A DNA stretch of 64,000 bases from Paecilomyces variotii. Lineage: Eukaryota. Shown here in pieces: positions 25,221 to 39,065 of the stretch (positions within the stretch are counted from its first letter, which is position 1; the number at the start of each line of letters is the position of its first letter). The notes under the pieces were generated by a model. It searched no databases and was not told the origin of the DNA. It worked only from the letters and a program-made list of their open reading frames with translations. The stretch lies in the NCBI GenBank assembly GCA_004022145.1, contig RCNU01000001.1; one strand, given 5' to 3'. The position numbers were made by a program, and so were the translations under genes.

Positions 25221-26045
25221 TTTTAATAATCGATATGATAAAAGACTCGCGTGTCTCAGAGAGAAGAATAGTCTGGGAAGGAAACAGGATAATATGTCCG
25301 ATGGGAGAATTTCAAAACAGCAGCTCTCTGTTGAAAGAGTGATTGATGGTAAAGACAAGAGGAACAGGCTTCAAGAATGATGTTCTACTACTGATGTTAT
25401 TCTGCGGGATCTGCGACAGAACTCTTTTTTTTCTTTGCCCCTCCGCGACCCCGCCACGCGATGTTATATAGGCAGAACAGAGATTCAATACACAAAATAA
25501 TTACAATTCACGATAGTATTTGTCGCTATTTATAACTAGTTCTAGTAGCTACTGGCCTACGTGTATTTTACTGTTGAGAAAAAAGCAGCAAAGGAAGTGC
25601 TGGCTCTACTATTCCGCTTACTTATACGTCTGCATCCAAGATATAGTCCCGATTTTGCCATTTTTTTGTTATTCATAGCTTGTTACCCTTATGATAAACA
25701 TCACTACATATCCGGCCCCAACCTAGAAAAAAGAGACGGGCTATTATAATGACATGCCAATGCTGTAAAGAAACCCACCACAAATCATGATCATAGGTCA
25801 TCGACTCCAAGTTCGCCTAATTGGATCTCCATGAGGTACTGCGACGCTCACGGCACCGTCGACTCGTTGCAGACATTCCCCAAAATTTGGGAAGCTAGAG
25901 GAGAAGAAAAAAGAAGAAGGCAAATTTTCTTTGCCATCTGGAGGGGTGTTATTTCTTCGTAGTCATGAGTCCCTTGGGTCGATAATCGCAGCCGTACGCT
26001 TTTGTTGACGAGAAAGTAGTTTACACGGATTTCCAGCCAGCTCCA

Positions 26046-27209
26046 TCACCTCGTCTTCCTAGTACCAGGTCTGGGCTTCACCTCTTCAGGAGTAACGGGG
26101 TGCAGCATGACCTTGTTGGGCGTCTGAGGAGTGTTGGCCGAGTAACCTTTGCTCCAATCGTAGCTGACCGCGTACGCGAAGATATCACCGGTGCGGTTGA
26201 ATGCAGTGCTCGATATTGTCCCGCCAACTGAGGGGTATCCCTTGAGACGATGCTTCGCATCCTTGTCCCAGAAGTGGAACGTACCATCGCTACCAGCAGT
26301 GCTGAAAGTGCCATGGACGGGGTGGAACGAGATAGAATTGACAGAGTAGATGTTGCTGATATCGCGGTTGTTTGCGGGTGTTTCTCGGTGACACTTGAAA
26401 CTGAAGTTCGAGCTTGAGTCTTTGTCTTCGACGTACTGAATGGCACAGCGACCTTCGATACTTCCGACGGCGAAACCTGTCGCGTCAGTGAAGCAGCTTA
26501 CGACTCGTGTCTGCCACTTCAAAGGAGACTGCATCGTCTTGTAGAACTTGGTCGGGTTATCCAAGTTTATAATGTTGATGTAGCGGTCAGCGGTACCGAT
26601 CACGAGGAGTTTGTTCTTGACGTCCATCGTGTAGACGCGTTCCTGGCACTCGACCGTGGCAATAGGCGTCGACTGTCGAAGATCCCAGTACTTCACTGTC
26701 TTATCCCACGAACCGGTAATCAGCAGCGGCGACGCTGCATTTCCGGGGTTCGGAATCATGTGGCAGCATCGGATAGGAGCTTCATGCGCAGCGACTTGCA
26801 CAGCCGTCGTGCCACCGGCGCCAAGGTCAAGCATACGGGCGGCCTTGTCTGCGCCGGCACCGACAACTTTGGTTCCATCCTAGACAATCACCCGCGTTAG
26901 AAAAAATGGATGTGTTCGCCGGACCCGACACGCTTTATGACTTACCGGAGACCAGCAGCAGTTGAGAACCGGTGCTTCATGCTCGAAGAGAGCTTTCCCT
27001 TCACTCTGTCCCTGGCCATTGATCTCATAGATGCGCACTTTCTTGTCCCACGAAGCAACCGCCAAGTGCTCGCTTACAGGAGAGAAAGACAGATCTGAAA
27101 TGCTATCTTCCGGGGGAGCTGTCAGGGCGACATCCTTTGAGATATCCCCCGTGGTGTTGGTTTGGGCCGTCGTGGCCGACGTGGTGCCCACAGAGCCGAA
27201 GAGCGACAT
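26046..27209 (-). CDS. RAE1: mRNA export WD40 nucleoporin Rae1/Gle2 (SONA), 2 exons
   Basis: PPEDSISDLSFSP, SWDKKVRIYE, GSWDKTVKYWDLRQ, SPLKWQTR, GSIEGRCAIQY, FSFKCHR, WDKDAKHRLK and YAVSYDWSKG. Confidence 0.97.
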
Positions 27210-27434
27210 CGCACGTCCTCTCCGCCAGTGAAACGAGACGGCAACTCAAATCCCTCTCTGCAGAGCAGTATACCTGGTCAAATGAAGGCGAAGAAGAGGT
27301 GAGGTTGAGCTGCGAAGCTTGCAGGCGAGGCGCGTACGGTGCGGATGGGATGTAGACTAACTAAACTATTTCGAAGGCTTCACCGCCTGCAAACACGGCA
27401 AATATATTTCTGCCTGGGTGCCTAGCAAAGTATG

Positions 27435-27469
27435 TACAGTACAATACAATACAGTACAGTACAGTACAT
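27435..27469. repeat. Pentanucleotide microsatellite, 7 TACAN units (TACAG/TACAA/TACAT), upstream of RAE1
   Basis: tacag tacaa tacaa tacag tacag tacag tacat, read directly. Confidence 0.85.
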
Positions 27470-29151
27470 AGGGAAGCCCGCGATAAATAATAATAGTTTT
27501 TCTTCCTTTCGAGTGTTTCTCGGCTTCCCCTGTATACAATAAATACGGGCTCAGTGACTCGCTCAGTGTTGACCTCGAGGAGCGAGAAATAAGCATTCTC
27601 CAAAAAAAGTAAATTACCGACAGAGCTACTTAGCGGGTACTTCTCTAGGCCGATTACTTCTTCTGTGTATGCTTTCCTTCATAGAGAAAGAAGCATTGAT
27701 TCCTAGTTCTTAAATAATCAGCATAATCGACTCCGTCCCCCGCAGAGCGTGTAATCCATCTTTTTTGCCAGGAGAAATCTTCGCTACTCTTTGCTCAATC
27801 CCCTGGGATCTCAACTTAAGCTTCTCTCGAGATGAGGTATCTAGCACCTAACTAGCACTAGGCATTTCCTTCTCACCTTAAGCGAGCGATTTAGTTTCGA
27901 TTTTATACATTGTCATTTAAATAGGGGCTCCTCTCACATCCTAGCTGACTTTGATGAGAGATTTTCTGCGGAGATGTGTCTTGAACGCAGTATAGCAGCA
28001 CGAGGAGACACTGGATGGAGAAAACGAGGCTGCAAGAATGCTGGAAGGATCCATGGTGACGAGTTCGCGTGATTCGGTATTTCTCCATGGATGAACAACA
28101 GCAGGTGCATTGATGGTGTACAATGGACGGAATGGACGGGTGCTGGATCCGGCGAGAGGATCGACGAATTGAGCTTCACTGCTCGAGCTAACTCCCGGCT
28201 CCTACTTCCATGCGCCGTACTAGTCTGGCAGCATAACATAGGGCGCAGTCCCGAATAACCTAGATACTAGCAGCGTCCTGTAGAGTCGCGTGTCCAAGTG
28301 TAAGAGTTGCTGCTAGTAGTAGTAGATACCATATCTAGTCCAGCTTGATTCCCCGCAAACGAGCCAAGTGGAGCCGAACGGAGGCCAAGTGGGAACGCGG
28401 GGTGCAGGCTTAGTGTCATCATGTTGTTGTGATGTGATCCGGCTCGCTCGGGTTCGACAACGGCCACTGTTATCCAGGGATGTCGTGATGTTCAATGAGA
28501 GAGCTGGCCACCTCTGTACCCTGGATGGTACTGTACCATACTAATTGGACTCATGCTGGACTACCAGAAGTATGTACAAGGTAATCACTGGCAAAAACCA
28601 AGTAACTATCAAAGGCAAGGGTAGCTACAGACAATGAATGAAGAATCCAGCGAGTTCATAGGATAGATAGACTTCCAGCTGCGATGGAGAGAGTTGGCGG
28701 CATCGAGTGGCATTGGCTGTAATCGGCATGTCCTGAGGTCATCGGCGGACAGACAGGGAAGTCTAACTCATGAAGCGTTTCGTATTGTCCCAATCCCATC
28801 CAGGGAGAGAGTCGGCGGCGAGCATGACCATCTCTTTTCCCCTCCTACCCTGGCCTGGTCACCTGGCTGCTCGCTGTCCGGGTCTGCCGTCTCTCCTCCC
28901 TTCTATCTTCTTCTCGAGCCTGTCTTGTCTTCCTTTTTTCTCTCTCCCTGTGCATCGATTGCATTTCGATACTACTGATCTAACAAACATCTACTTCCAC
29001 CGGCTATCTCATCCGGCTATACTGAGGTAGGTTCTATTATCCTGAGGAGACTCAAACAGCACGAGGACTCGTAGTAGTTCTGGTTCTGCCGCTGGAATCC
29101 CTGTAGAATACGTGTTCTGAGCATTGCTATAGAGCTATCCAACCACCCATC

Positions 29152-29935
29152 ATGTCAGAAGAACTCACCAGAATCGACTCCGCCGTCGCTGGCCTGTCGA
29201 TATCTCCTCCAGACGAAAAGCATCTTGACAAGAAGCCCATCAAGAAGACTCACAGGAGGACATCCTCCACCGCAGAAGGTGTCCGGAATATCAATGACCT
29301 AGGTGAGTATTCTCGACCTCTGATACTTCAATGTGGACAATACTAAAGAAACTTCTCTACAGAAAAGGAAGGGATTGAACTGGAGATCCCGATAGAAACG
29401 CAGAAACTCGGCTGGTAAGTGCTAGTTAGCAAGCTATACAATACCTAATTACCGGAGGCCAGACTAACTGACCACGATATCTTACAACAGGCGACTCAAC
29501 ACCTCACCGTCAAAACTGGAGGACCAAGATGTCCTAAAAAAGTTCCTAGTCACACCACCCGTGAAGAAGATCGACCTGGTCTGGCCGTTGGGTCTGCATG
29601 TAACAGCACGGAATATGAAAGGAGTAACCATCAGGGATGCGCTGGACGCAATCTACAAACAGTTCAAGAAGAAGGTGGGAGCAACCCCCCCCCCCCCCCC
29701 CCCCCCCCCAAGCCTCTCTCCATGCCAATATCGAATATCGAATTCGAATCTCACTAACAAATCCACCCTTCTTTCTCAGGCTGACGACGAGTTGGAAAAT
29801 CCCGTCCTCGCTGGCTTCGAGTGGGACAAGGAAGAATGCTGGACACGACTAATCGTACACCAGAAGAAGGAAGGCGCTCCACCCCCAAGCACCAAAAAGT
29901 CCAAGAAGAAGGCCGCCGCCAACGGTGAGGCATAG
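29152..29935 (+). CDS. Small protein of unknown function (probably conserved in fungi), 4 coding exons
   Basis: Exons about 29152-29302, 29362-29414, 29491-29674 and 29780-29935 splice in frame: MSEELTRIDSAVAGL...HRRTSS...INDL|EKEGIELEIPIETQKLG|WRLNTSPS...KGVTIRDALDAIYKQFKKK|ADDELENPVLAGFEWDKEECWTRLIVHQKK. Probable 5'UTR intron 29027-29132. Confidence 0.85.
29685..29709. repeat. C25 homopolymer within intron 3 of the 29152 gene
   Basis: 25 consecutive C starting 10 nt after the GT donor (gtgggagcaa). Confidence 0.9.
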
Positions 29936-30885
29936 AAAACTCCTCGTCGACGCGGTACAATCACTACCTATCTGGAGGAAATATCCCTCCCTTCCCTAGT
30001 AAGCCCTGACTTGTACCCTACCCTTTGTAAGAGAAGTGTAATCACCTACTGGTGATTACAGAACTATATACAGAACCCCCATCCCCATCTTGGTGTACCG
30101 TCACTACTGTACTCGTCCACACTGGGGCGGTTCTATCCAGTGTTGCTTGTTTATGATAATCTCCTCATCTTTCAAGTGTGTTTCCCTTGTTGCTGTTGCC
30201 GTTGCTGTCCGGCGTGCTGACGTGTGGTGTTTCGTGGAATTGATTTCCTATTCATCATCTTATCCTATCCTAGTGTGATACTGACTTGAGCATCTTTACA
30301 CTCCTTGACACGATCTGTATGTTCCAGCTATGCTCTTGTCACAATGCAGGAAAGTTGCTGTCAATCCCTTGTATGATTTACGGGCCATTTTATGGATAAT
30401 CAATCATTTAGGCCAAATTAATACTGGTGCTAGGAACCACCAGTTTATACATGATGTCACTCTTATGAGTAGTAGTGCACTCTCATGATTGCTCCATGAT
30501 ACAGAGCATAAAGACGTGATCATTATCCTTTCGCAAATTACCCACTTGAGCTAAAATGGGTTTTGATTAAAGTAGCATCGTCTGCTACTAACTATATAGT
30601 ACATAAGGATATCGTTGCTCGAGACTTTAGCAATGTAATATGAACATGTCATACGTGGGGAATATTGTATAAAGAATCGCTCCCAAAAAGTAATATCGAC
30701 AATAGCAAGAAAGAAAGGAAACAGAAGCTGAGAACCAGACACTGTTTCAAAGGACCCCCAGTCCCGTAACGAACGCCATCTAGTAAGTTGAAAACCGTCT
30801 TTTCCATCCGATACTCATTCAGTATTAGCCATCAGCATTACGCGGGTAGTGAGACAAGTGAGAAGAATGCCTCGATTCAAAGGTG

Positions 30886-33800
30886 CTATCGTGCCCGTAC
30901 AGAGTCGGCCCCTCCAAATAGCACCATAACGATCTCATCGAGGATAGTAAATACTAGATGCATGTTTAGTCGTGGGTTATTCAACGTCGCAAAGATCCTA
31001 CGGGAGGCTGCCTGTGCGTTTGCTCGACCAACGACATTGCCCGCCAGATCTGGAATGAGTGTTGCGAGCACAAGACTGGCCTCCGTGCGACTCCTAGACT
31101 TTTCAGCTGGCGTGCGCACTTTCGGCCCGCGCAGTACGCCCTCAGGCCACATGGTATCTTTGACCATGGTGATGTAGCGAAGCAGAGCGTCGTCTTGAAT
31201 GAGAGACTTGGCACTATCACGGACTTTTCTTTCGATCGTGCCACCTAGGAGCTGATGGAGAACAACGACGACTGCCCGTCCACGCAACCAGTTGTTACCT
31301 TTGTTGAGTTCGAATGTCTCGAGGAAAAGGTCGCAGATCGGCTTGATAAAAGGCTCGAGTTCGCGATTCTCAAATGCATTGAGTTCCGCTTCCGCTTCTG
31401 CGGCAGTCAATGTGTCCTCCGTGGCAAGACCTGGTTCTGACGCGCTTAGCTGGCTAGTAGCAGCAGAAATGAGACTCTGTCCGGCTGCTGAAAGCTGATC
31501 CAATACGGCAATGTTACCAAGAAAGTCATCCATCCCATCCGCAACCGAGTTGTAGATGCGAGATACGATGTCTTTGGCATCATCCTCGCGGGGCGCTTCC
31601 CCTTGCTGCCCAATGCTCTGCTGCGAGAGGAATGCACGAAGATCACGGCTTCGACAAACTTCTGGAAGCAGAAGAAGGTTTTGCAAGTAAACTTCTAGAG
31701 CAGCTCGCCTTTTTTGTAGAAAATCTCTTTGCAATTTCATGACGACCCTTCTCCTAGGAAACTCTAGATGACGTACGGAGGGATATCTCGTACGCAATCT
31801 CTGGTGAAGCTCGTGAAATTCACTATATCTTCGAGCAACGGCCCACGTTGCGGCTGGCATCTGCTCTCCTGCCTTCCTTTGTACCTCGATAACATCTGGG
31901 CACGGTCAGCTACGTCGTGGGGAGGGCTAGAGGGAGACGCCACTTACACAATGCAAACTCTCGGCCATCCTCCTCCTTTCCAACCATAATTGACTTGATT
32001 CTAACGGTTGCTCGACCGTACAGACTATTATCGCTTTCCTGGATCATGTACTGCTGTCGCTGTAACTCCTTGCGGCGAATCTCACGGTGGATACTCGACT
32101 TAGATTTCCCCAGGATTCTGAGCTCCGCGGTATTATTTGTGAGCTCAGCCTTCCTGGTTAATGCATCGACTACTGCTTCCTGGGCAATTAATTTGTCGAT
32201 GTCTTCTGTCAGGGCTGAAATTGCTTCTGCGAGTCCAAGGTCTCCCGGAGCTGCCTCATGTATCTCATCTGCAGGGTCCTTCTCATTTTCGTTTTCTTCA
32301 GGGTCTGCATATTCATCTTCGATGAATTTTTGTTCATCCTCGAACAGGTTATCATCGGAGAATACGCCGTGCCTGGAAGATGGGCCGATAAGGCCCAGTG
32401 AAGCGATGCTCGGCTTGAATCTTCCAGGAGCATTCTGCTCAGCCCGGGAAGACTCGGACGACAGGCGTGTTGAGTCAGTGTCCTTGTCGCTGGAAAATAA
32501 CGAAGCAGGTCGGCCTTGCGCGGGAGATTTGTTGTCATCATTCTTCCCCGGTGCTGGCTGGTTGGTGATGATATCGTTCAACGCAGCTTCCATCGACTCT
32601 ATGACACTAGTCTGATTGGCATCATTCTCCCCATTCTGGGAATCTTTGCCTATGCTATGGGTAGACAACGCAAGAGGATCAGTGTCGTAATCGTCATCGA
32701 ATAATGGCACGGAATTTTCCGAATCAAGGGAACGCCTGGGGACATCAGCGTCGTCGAATAGCTTCCCTGAAATTCGTACATCGGTGGATGAGACAGCAGC
32801 CCTCCGCAAATCCCTGGCTTTCGGACCAGTCTGGGATGGGGTTCGACTCATGCTTAGCGGAGGGAGAGGCCGCCGCGCCGATGTGTCAGATGCCGGTGAA
32901 CCGGTCATGTTGCGCGGAGGAGCACTTTGAGAAAGGGTGTTTGAGGCTGCTTCATCGGATGCAAGATACTTATAGTAGAGATCGGATTGTTTGAACTTGG
33001 GGAAGTATATGTTCTCCATCTCTTCCAGGACAGCCGACTGCGTACACAGAATTACCGTGCGAGCCTTGCGATACTGCTCCGGAGTCGCTTTCTTCCCTGC
33101 TGCCAGAAAAGTCTTCACGAGCTTACGGTTCTCCTCTGGCACCTTAAGTTCTGGCCTCGACAAATACGTTTCGCTGATGACAGCGATGTCATTTCTGTCC
33201 GCAGAAGTCCAGGTGATCGCGATCGAGGATGTCTCGTCTCCAAAGTCGTCTTCCAGCGGACTGCGGAACCCATCGACAACTACCCAGAATTGGACCAGGG
33301 ACATCATATGGTGCCGATCCATAAATTCCATGAAATAGGACAGCCCTGCTGCACTGTGCATGATATCAATCAAGGAAACGTCCTGAGGCCGTGGAGAGCC
33401 GGTACGGGGTATCTCAGCAGGGGCAGCTATGTTAGGCGGCGATCCGCCTACGGCAGACATGCTAGCCACCTTTTGATCCAAGATTCGTTTTCCTGTTTCC
33501 AGGCGTCGAAGATAGACCTGGTCCTGTCCATCGACTAAGCTTGCTTTTTTAAGCTGGCTCGCAACATGAGCGCGGAATCTCCTCGCATCAGAGATATTAT
33601 TGCACCGTCTGATTGCTCTGATAAATCTCTCGAACGACCGTTCTGAATCATTGGGTGCCAATCTGGGAAATGACTGTGTATGTTTTGATTTCGATAGCGG
33701 CGCCGCATGCTCATCGAGTGCTGCACGCAGTTTCTGCACGGTCTTCCGGTCTTGTATGGCGGCCCGTCCATAAGCTTCTATTAGTTGATTCCAGGTGTCT

Positions 33801-34627
33801 GGATCCGATAGCACCGTCAGCGCAGGTAGAAACACAGCACAGGTTGCAATTTCCCTTATCAAAATGGAGACGGCACGGCTGTTGATGAGACTGTCTGGCA
33901 GTAGTTGCGGGAGCAGACGGACGACCACTTTGCGTATATAGTCCTGCTGGACCAGCTTCTGATCTGAGAAATGGACCGTTGCGGCTGGATGCAGCCTCCC
34001 TTCGCGGTACTTGCTTGCAATCGCCAGGTCCAGTTCTTCCGACTCAGTCACATTTCGCGACAGGTTCCTTCCACGTACTGATTTCTCTGCTATATCGAAC
34101 TCTCTGAGATGCGTCGTCAAGATGGGTACGATTCGTGACACCGCCACCGAAACCAGGTCTTCCCTCGTCAGTCGATCACGCAGATTCCCAAGAGCCACCC
34201 TTATCGCCCTGTCCACCTCATTGACAAACACTGGATTCGGGCTGACGTTTCGATACCACGTCGAAATGAAATCGCGGGAGGCAAAGGCCAGGAGTTGGTC
34301 GATAGCTTCCGAAACGACGAACGAGTCGGGGTAAAGCGAGGGTGGTTTATAGACGGAGCTCTGTCGGATATTCTCGACTCCTTTCTCCCAGTGACCTGGA
34401 GCAAGTAGCGACAGGGGCGCGAGGACTGCATGCCGTCGGTTTGACGCCCCATTCGGTCCCCTTGTCGTGGAGATGACCAGAATCAACAGCGAGACGGAGG
34501 TGAGGACGACCCCGAAGGCGAACGCGTAGCCCAGCCATCGGACAATGGGTAACCACTGGACGACCAGACCCCAAGAAATAAAACCGCTGAGTCCAGCTAG
34601 AATAATGTGTCGACGGCTGAGGGCCAT
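30886..34627 (-). CDS. MDM1: Mdm1/Snx13-14-type PXA-RGS-PX-PXC ER-vacuole/lipid droplet tether, 2 exons
   Basis: Two N-terminal transmembrane segments; PXA (RDFISTWY..VS..P.F), RGS (GLSYFMEFMD...LVQFW), PX (W.VARRYSEFHELHQRL...FP) and PXC (NNWLRGRA). Intron about 31896-31947. Confidence 0.95.
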
Positions 34628-35557
34628 TCTCCCCGCGTAGACTCCAGAGCCGGCAAGCCCATGTCGAGCTATGCGACAGTGCTCATCGGATGCTGCAGCG
34701 CAATACGCTTTCGAATACTGGGGCGCGTGTGAGGATAGGATCAGGAAGCAAGCGACGATTAGATAACCCCCATGAGAGGAATTAGTTATTAGTTAAGAGG
34801 GGTACATGGACTGCAGGGTCTAGTAACTATTACGGGGTTATCTAGAGGAAACGCACGCGCGTGGTGCCTGCACTAAATAGCTGGTCATAATCACAGCGGC
34901 GATGATGCGCCTCACTTGCAAGACCGTCACCGCCTCGGCCGGAACAGTTTGGCTTTTGCTCCGCTTCGGTCTGCAATTGCAGTCCGTGCTGCAGACTTGA
35001 AACCGAGGAGGATGCGTTTCTGTGCGATCAGCGCTTTTTGTGTCGTTGAAGGGATAGGAGACCCAGAGGATGCTGCGAATTGTGCTGGACAGGCTGCAAC
35101 GACGGGGAAATAAAGGTGGATTAGTATGTAGATAGATACCTAGTCAATCCAAATCGTTGTTTACTACGAGTACGGGGTCATCATGCTTCTCTCAGATCAA
35201 AACGCGGAGGAGTATATGCGTATTGAGATAAACAGAGTAAATAGAGTAATGATTAGCTGTCACATAGAAACATACTTTACTTGCAGTATCTCAGATTTAA
35301 ATAATAATTGTTAGTTAAATAATAATAAATGATGATTCCAACGCTTTCGTTGTTCTAGCGCTCGGATCCCGTGACCCAGCAGACTCAACGTCATCGGCGA
35401 TTATTGGCTGTAAAACTGATTACCTACTACTACTGTACGGAGCCTACCTAGGTAGTTAACTACCTAGGTAGTTATTGTTTTCCTTCTTCGTCCGCTTCTC
35501 CGCAATTCCAACCTCGCACCTCCAGGGACAAAGAAAGAACAGGAACCAGCTTGCACC

Positions 35558-36490
35558 ATGGCCTCCCTAACCGACTACATCGACTTCTCCCAGAAGAGTC
35601 TACAACGTACGTCCCTCTAGCCATTTCCCAAGCCAATTCCTCTGAATTATCCTTCTCCATACTGACGTCTCCGCTTCGGCTGAAGTCTCCGCACTGGCCA
35701 TTGCGTTCAATCCGATCTTTTGGAAGTAAGCTATTCCCCTGCCTTACAAATATTCTATAATACTGCAACGAAGTAGACAGAAGCTGACCGCAAACAACAG
35801 CGTTGTCGCACGTACAGGTTTGTTCTTCCTTGCTACGGTGGAACTGTTTCCCGGACTGTTCTCCCCGGTGAACCCGAAATAACCTCTACCAGAGTACCAC
35901 AAGCGCTACCTGACTCGCATCTTCGGGAGCCCCTACTATGGCTGCTACTTTCTCGCAGTCACCATCTTTAGTCTGGGAATCCTTCGAGACCACCTGTACA
36001 ATGAGGCCTTGAATGACCAGCCCTACTACGCTCCCCTTCACCAACCACTGCTCGCCTACGTCCTCTTCGGAGTTGGTAACGTCCTGGTCCTGTCCAGTAT
36101 GTGGGCACTCGGTGTAACCGGCACCTACCTGGGTGACTACTTCGGGATTCTGATGGACGCCCCTGTCACTGGCTTCCCGTTCAACGTCTCCGGAGCTCCC
36201 ATGTACTACGGAAGCACACTGAGCTTCCTCGGTGTTGCGTTGTACAAGGGCAAGGTGGCAGGATTACTTCTGACCGCAGAAGTTCTCATCCTGTACCTGA
36301 TTGCCCTCAGATGGGAAGAGTGAGTTTCTTTCTCTTCCACGAGAACATCCCACCCCACCCCTCCAGTCACCTCGTCAAGGATATTTTATAACTGACGTCA
36401 CAATCCGTACTATATAGCCCCTTCACGGCCGAGATCTACGCCAAGCGCGAGCGCGAGAGGGCCAAGTCTCGCGGCGGCAAGAGCTCGTAA
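35558..36490 (+). CDS. OPI3: Phosphatidyl-N-methylethanolamine N-methyltransferase (Opi3/ChoC), 5 exons including a 17-nt microexon (35801-35817)
   Basis: IAFNPIFWN|VVART|EYH, LGILRD, LVLSSMWALGVTGTYLGDYFGILM..PVTGFPFNV...PMYYGS and EE|PFTAEIYAKR. Confidence 0.96.
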
Positions 36491-37393
36491 GCGACCTCTC
36501 TTTGTCAATATCCTGCGACCCAGTAATCCCGTCTAGAAAGGCTTGACGAGGGCTTTTCAACATCATCTCTCAAAATTTAAGCCAATACACAACTGGGACC
36601 AAAGCAAAGGATGGCTCCCAAGATCCAAGTATACTGCCTAGTATAGCTAGCCCACATCGATGCGGAGCCCGTTAAGAACGAAAAAAACAACCCCAATGGC
36701 CGAACGCGACAACACAAATCACGAGTGCATCTTCAACGATGGAGTTAAAGAATTGTGGATACCCTATGCGACTTGTATTTTTGATCACCATATTATCTCG
36801 ATTGCTCTTTTAGATAAGCAGTACGTACTGTACCTGGAGGGGACGACGGTAGGCCCAGCTGGGGCCTTATAAAAAGTGTGCTAGTTTGAATAATATTAGT
36901 TTATGGAATGTTATTATTGCCTCTGTTTCACAGCTTATTTCTCATTTGAAACTGAACTGAACTATCCTCTCCTTCTATGCTGGCTATCAAGGTATAAATA
37001 AATGACTTCGGCTAGACTGAACCCGACTACATACCCCGCATAGCGAATCTAGTCCTATGTGCAGCACCAAAAGATAAGCAAAGCAAGGATAACAAATCAA
37101 ACAGTACGCCACCAACTCCATATTCACATAGATACCGCTCTTCCCCAACTAAATGATCCATTAACAGTTGAGGTACCTTCTTATGGATATCGTCTTCCCT
37201 TACTCTTTGGCAAGAGTGTTTGGTTCCACGGAAAGAACCCACATGCAGGATGTTGTCCATAGATAATAAACGCCATATGATCCCAGATATCGAAAGAGTA
37301 TCACATCGGTGAAGAAGAAGAAGAAGAAGGAAATCGAAAAAAAGAGCAGATATGTGCTGAAAGATCAAGTGACGAGCAAAGCAAAGACATGGC

Positions 37394-39065
37394 TCATTGT
37401 CTTCGTCCTCGGCCTCTTTTGCCTGTTGTTCTGTGCTCGTCGACTGCTTCCACTTCATCTTCGTCCGCGCCTTTTTTCAGATCTTCTCCCTCCGCAAGAC
37501 CCCATTTCTCCCGGTCATACCAATCTTCGCCGTCGCTCATCTCTCCGAGATGTCCTTCGGCCTTGCACCACTCGAACACTTCGTCTTTCATCCGGCATGC
37601 CTTCAATAAGGACTCTAGCATGTGTTCAAAGCCGCGCACCGTCTCCTCTTGCTTCTGAATATAGGACCAAAGAAGTCGCCGTGTGTCTTCAGCCTCGTTT
37701 GGTGGGAGGCCAAAGTTGGCGTCTTGACGGATAGATTCAGGGACGAGGAAAAGCGGATGAATGCCGGGGAGGGCGCTAGATCCGTCGTCAGAGGGAGAGG
37801 GAGGATCGCTTGAGGAAGCATTCCCTTGCTGTGGGTTAGCAGCGTTTGTCTGGGCACGAGTTGTCATGCGTCGTGGCGGCTCGGGAGAGGAGCCTTCGTG
37901 AGCCTCATCGTGTTCATCCTGCCCATCTTTCGACTCGTGGCCATTTTGATCCTCAGTGTCCTGTTCATTGAACGGCCCCTCACGAGCGTCTTCGCCATGC
38001 GAGGGGGCCTCCGTAACCATTGCGTCGGTATCCTCAGACTTTGGTTTCTTTGTATCCTTCTCATCGACATCGTTACCAAGCTCAGTGGGAGCGTCCGTCA
38101 TGTTAACATCCCGTTCAGCGGGCCGCGAATCCTGCCCGCTCCCGTCGTGCGATCCGTCGCCATGGGAGCCAGCTTCCCCACGATCTTTAGGCACGCCCGT
38201 CTGGAGTGGGGTTGCTACACGACTTTGTTCTTGCCCGGTAGTAGACGAGCTCTGCCCACCACCATTGACAATCCTGGGTTCGAAAAGAAACTTGTCTTCC
38301 GGTGTCTCGACCTGTCCACACGACATCCAAGCGCTATCGCCTAAAAACAGTCGATGCAAATTCCTAGCCCGCCATAGTAGGTTCCGCTCCTGCCATAATT
38401 TTCTTTCAACAGCTGTAGCCATTGTCTTGAGGGCCTTGGATGTATAGGGCTGAGACATCGACGGGTGAGTGGGCAATTCGGACGGATGCTTGATAGGGCA
38501 CAGAAGTTCTAAACAATGGAACCCGCCAAGTTAGTAAATCTCACCAAGTCAGTGGAGTATCGAAGTCACCAACGTTCAAGCGCAATTTCAGCGAATGGAT
38601 TTTCCTCCGCTGCAGCAGCATCGGCTTCTGAGTCTACGTCGTCCTCATCGAGCTCGTCCCCTTCCGAATCATATCGGGGCGGATTGCGTTGCAATATATA
38701 CCGTCTGTAGCCAGCGTGCTCGATTTCCTATCGTCGGTAATGGATCAGTACTGTCAGCCCCAGATCCAGACTGTCACCAGCCCGCACGAGCAGACACCAA
38801 AAGACTCACCTCCTTGTACATAGCCTGTGGATTCGTGTATCCCAAAACCCCTTCATGAACATATTGCGCATTGGCCTTGAGCTTATTTCCTCGATTTGTC
38901 GGCTGTGTGATGGGGGAGTCAGGTCCTGAAACTAGCAACGACGTCAGCAGCCTCTCTCAAGAGATCAAAGACAGCGGCAAAGAAAAGCTCACTCTCATTC
39001 TCCCGGCGCAGAGCCTTCTTCATGCCCATGATCGTATCTGCGATCAGGGCTGCTTGCGTCGCCAT
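37394..39065 (-). CDS. RXT2: Rpd3L histone deacetylase complex subunit Rxt2, 4 exons
   Basis: MATQAALIADTIMGMKKALRRENE|ISGPDSPITQPTNRGNKLK, then NPFAEIALE|LLCPIKHPSELPTHPS and IQKQEETVRG..CRMKDEVFEWCKAEGH. NRGNKL is the RXT2_N signature. Confidence 0.85.

Noticed and set aside
35329-35419. Box C (ATGATGA) ... box D (CTGA) pair 91 nt apart upstream of OPI3, containing TCCAACGCTT, which (from my memory of LSU rRNA) complements AAGCGUUGGA
   Set aside because: The 10-nt match is not positioned before a D or D' box, the terminal stem is only about 3 bp, and the region is a promoter. Consistent with chance; snoscan would settle it.
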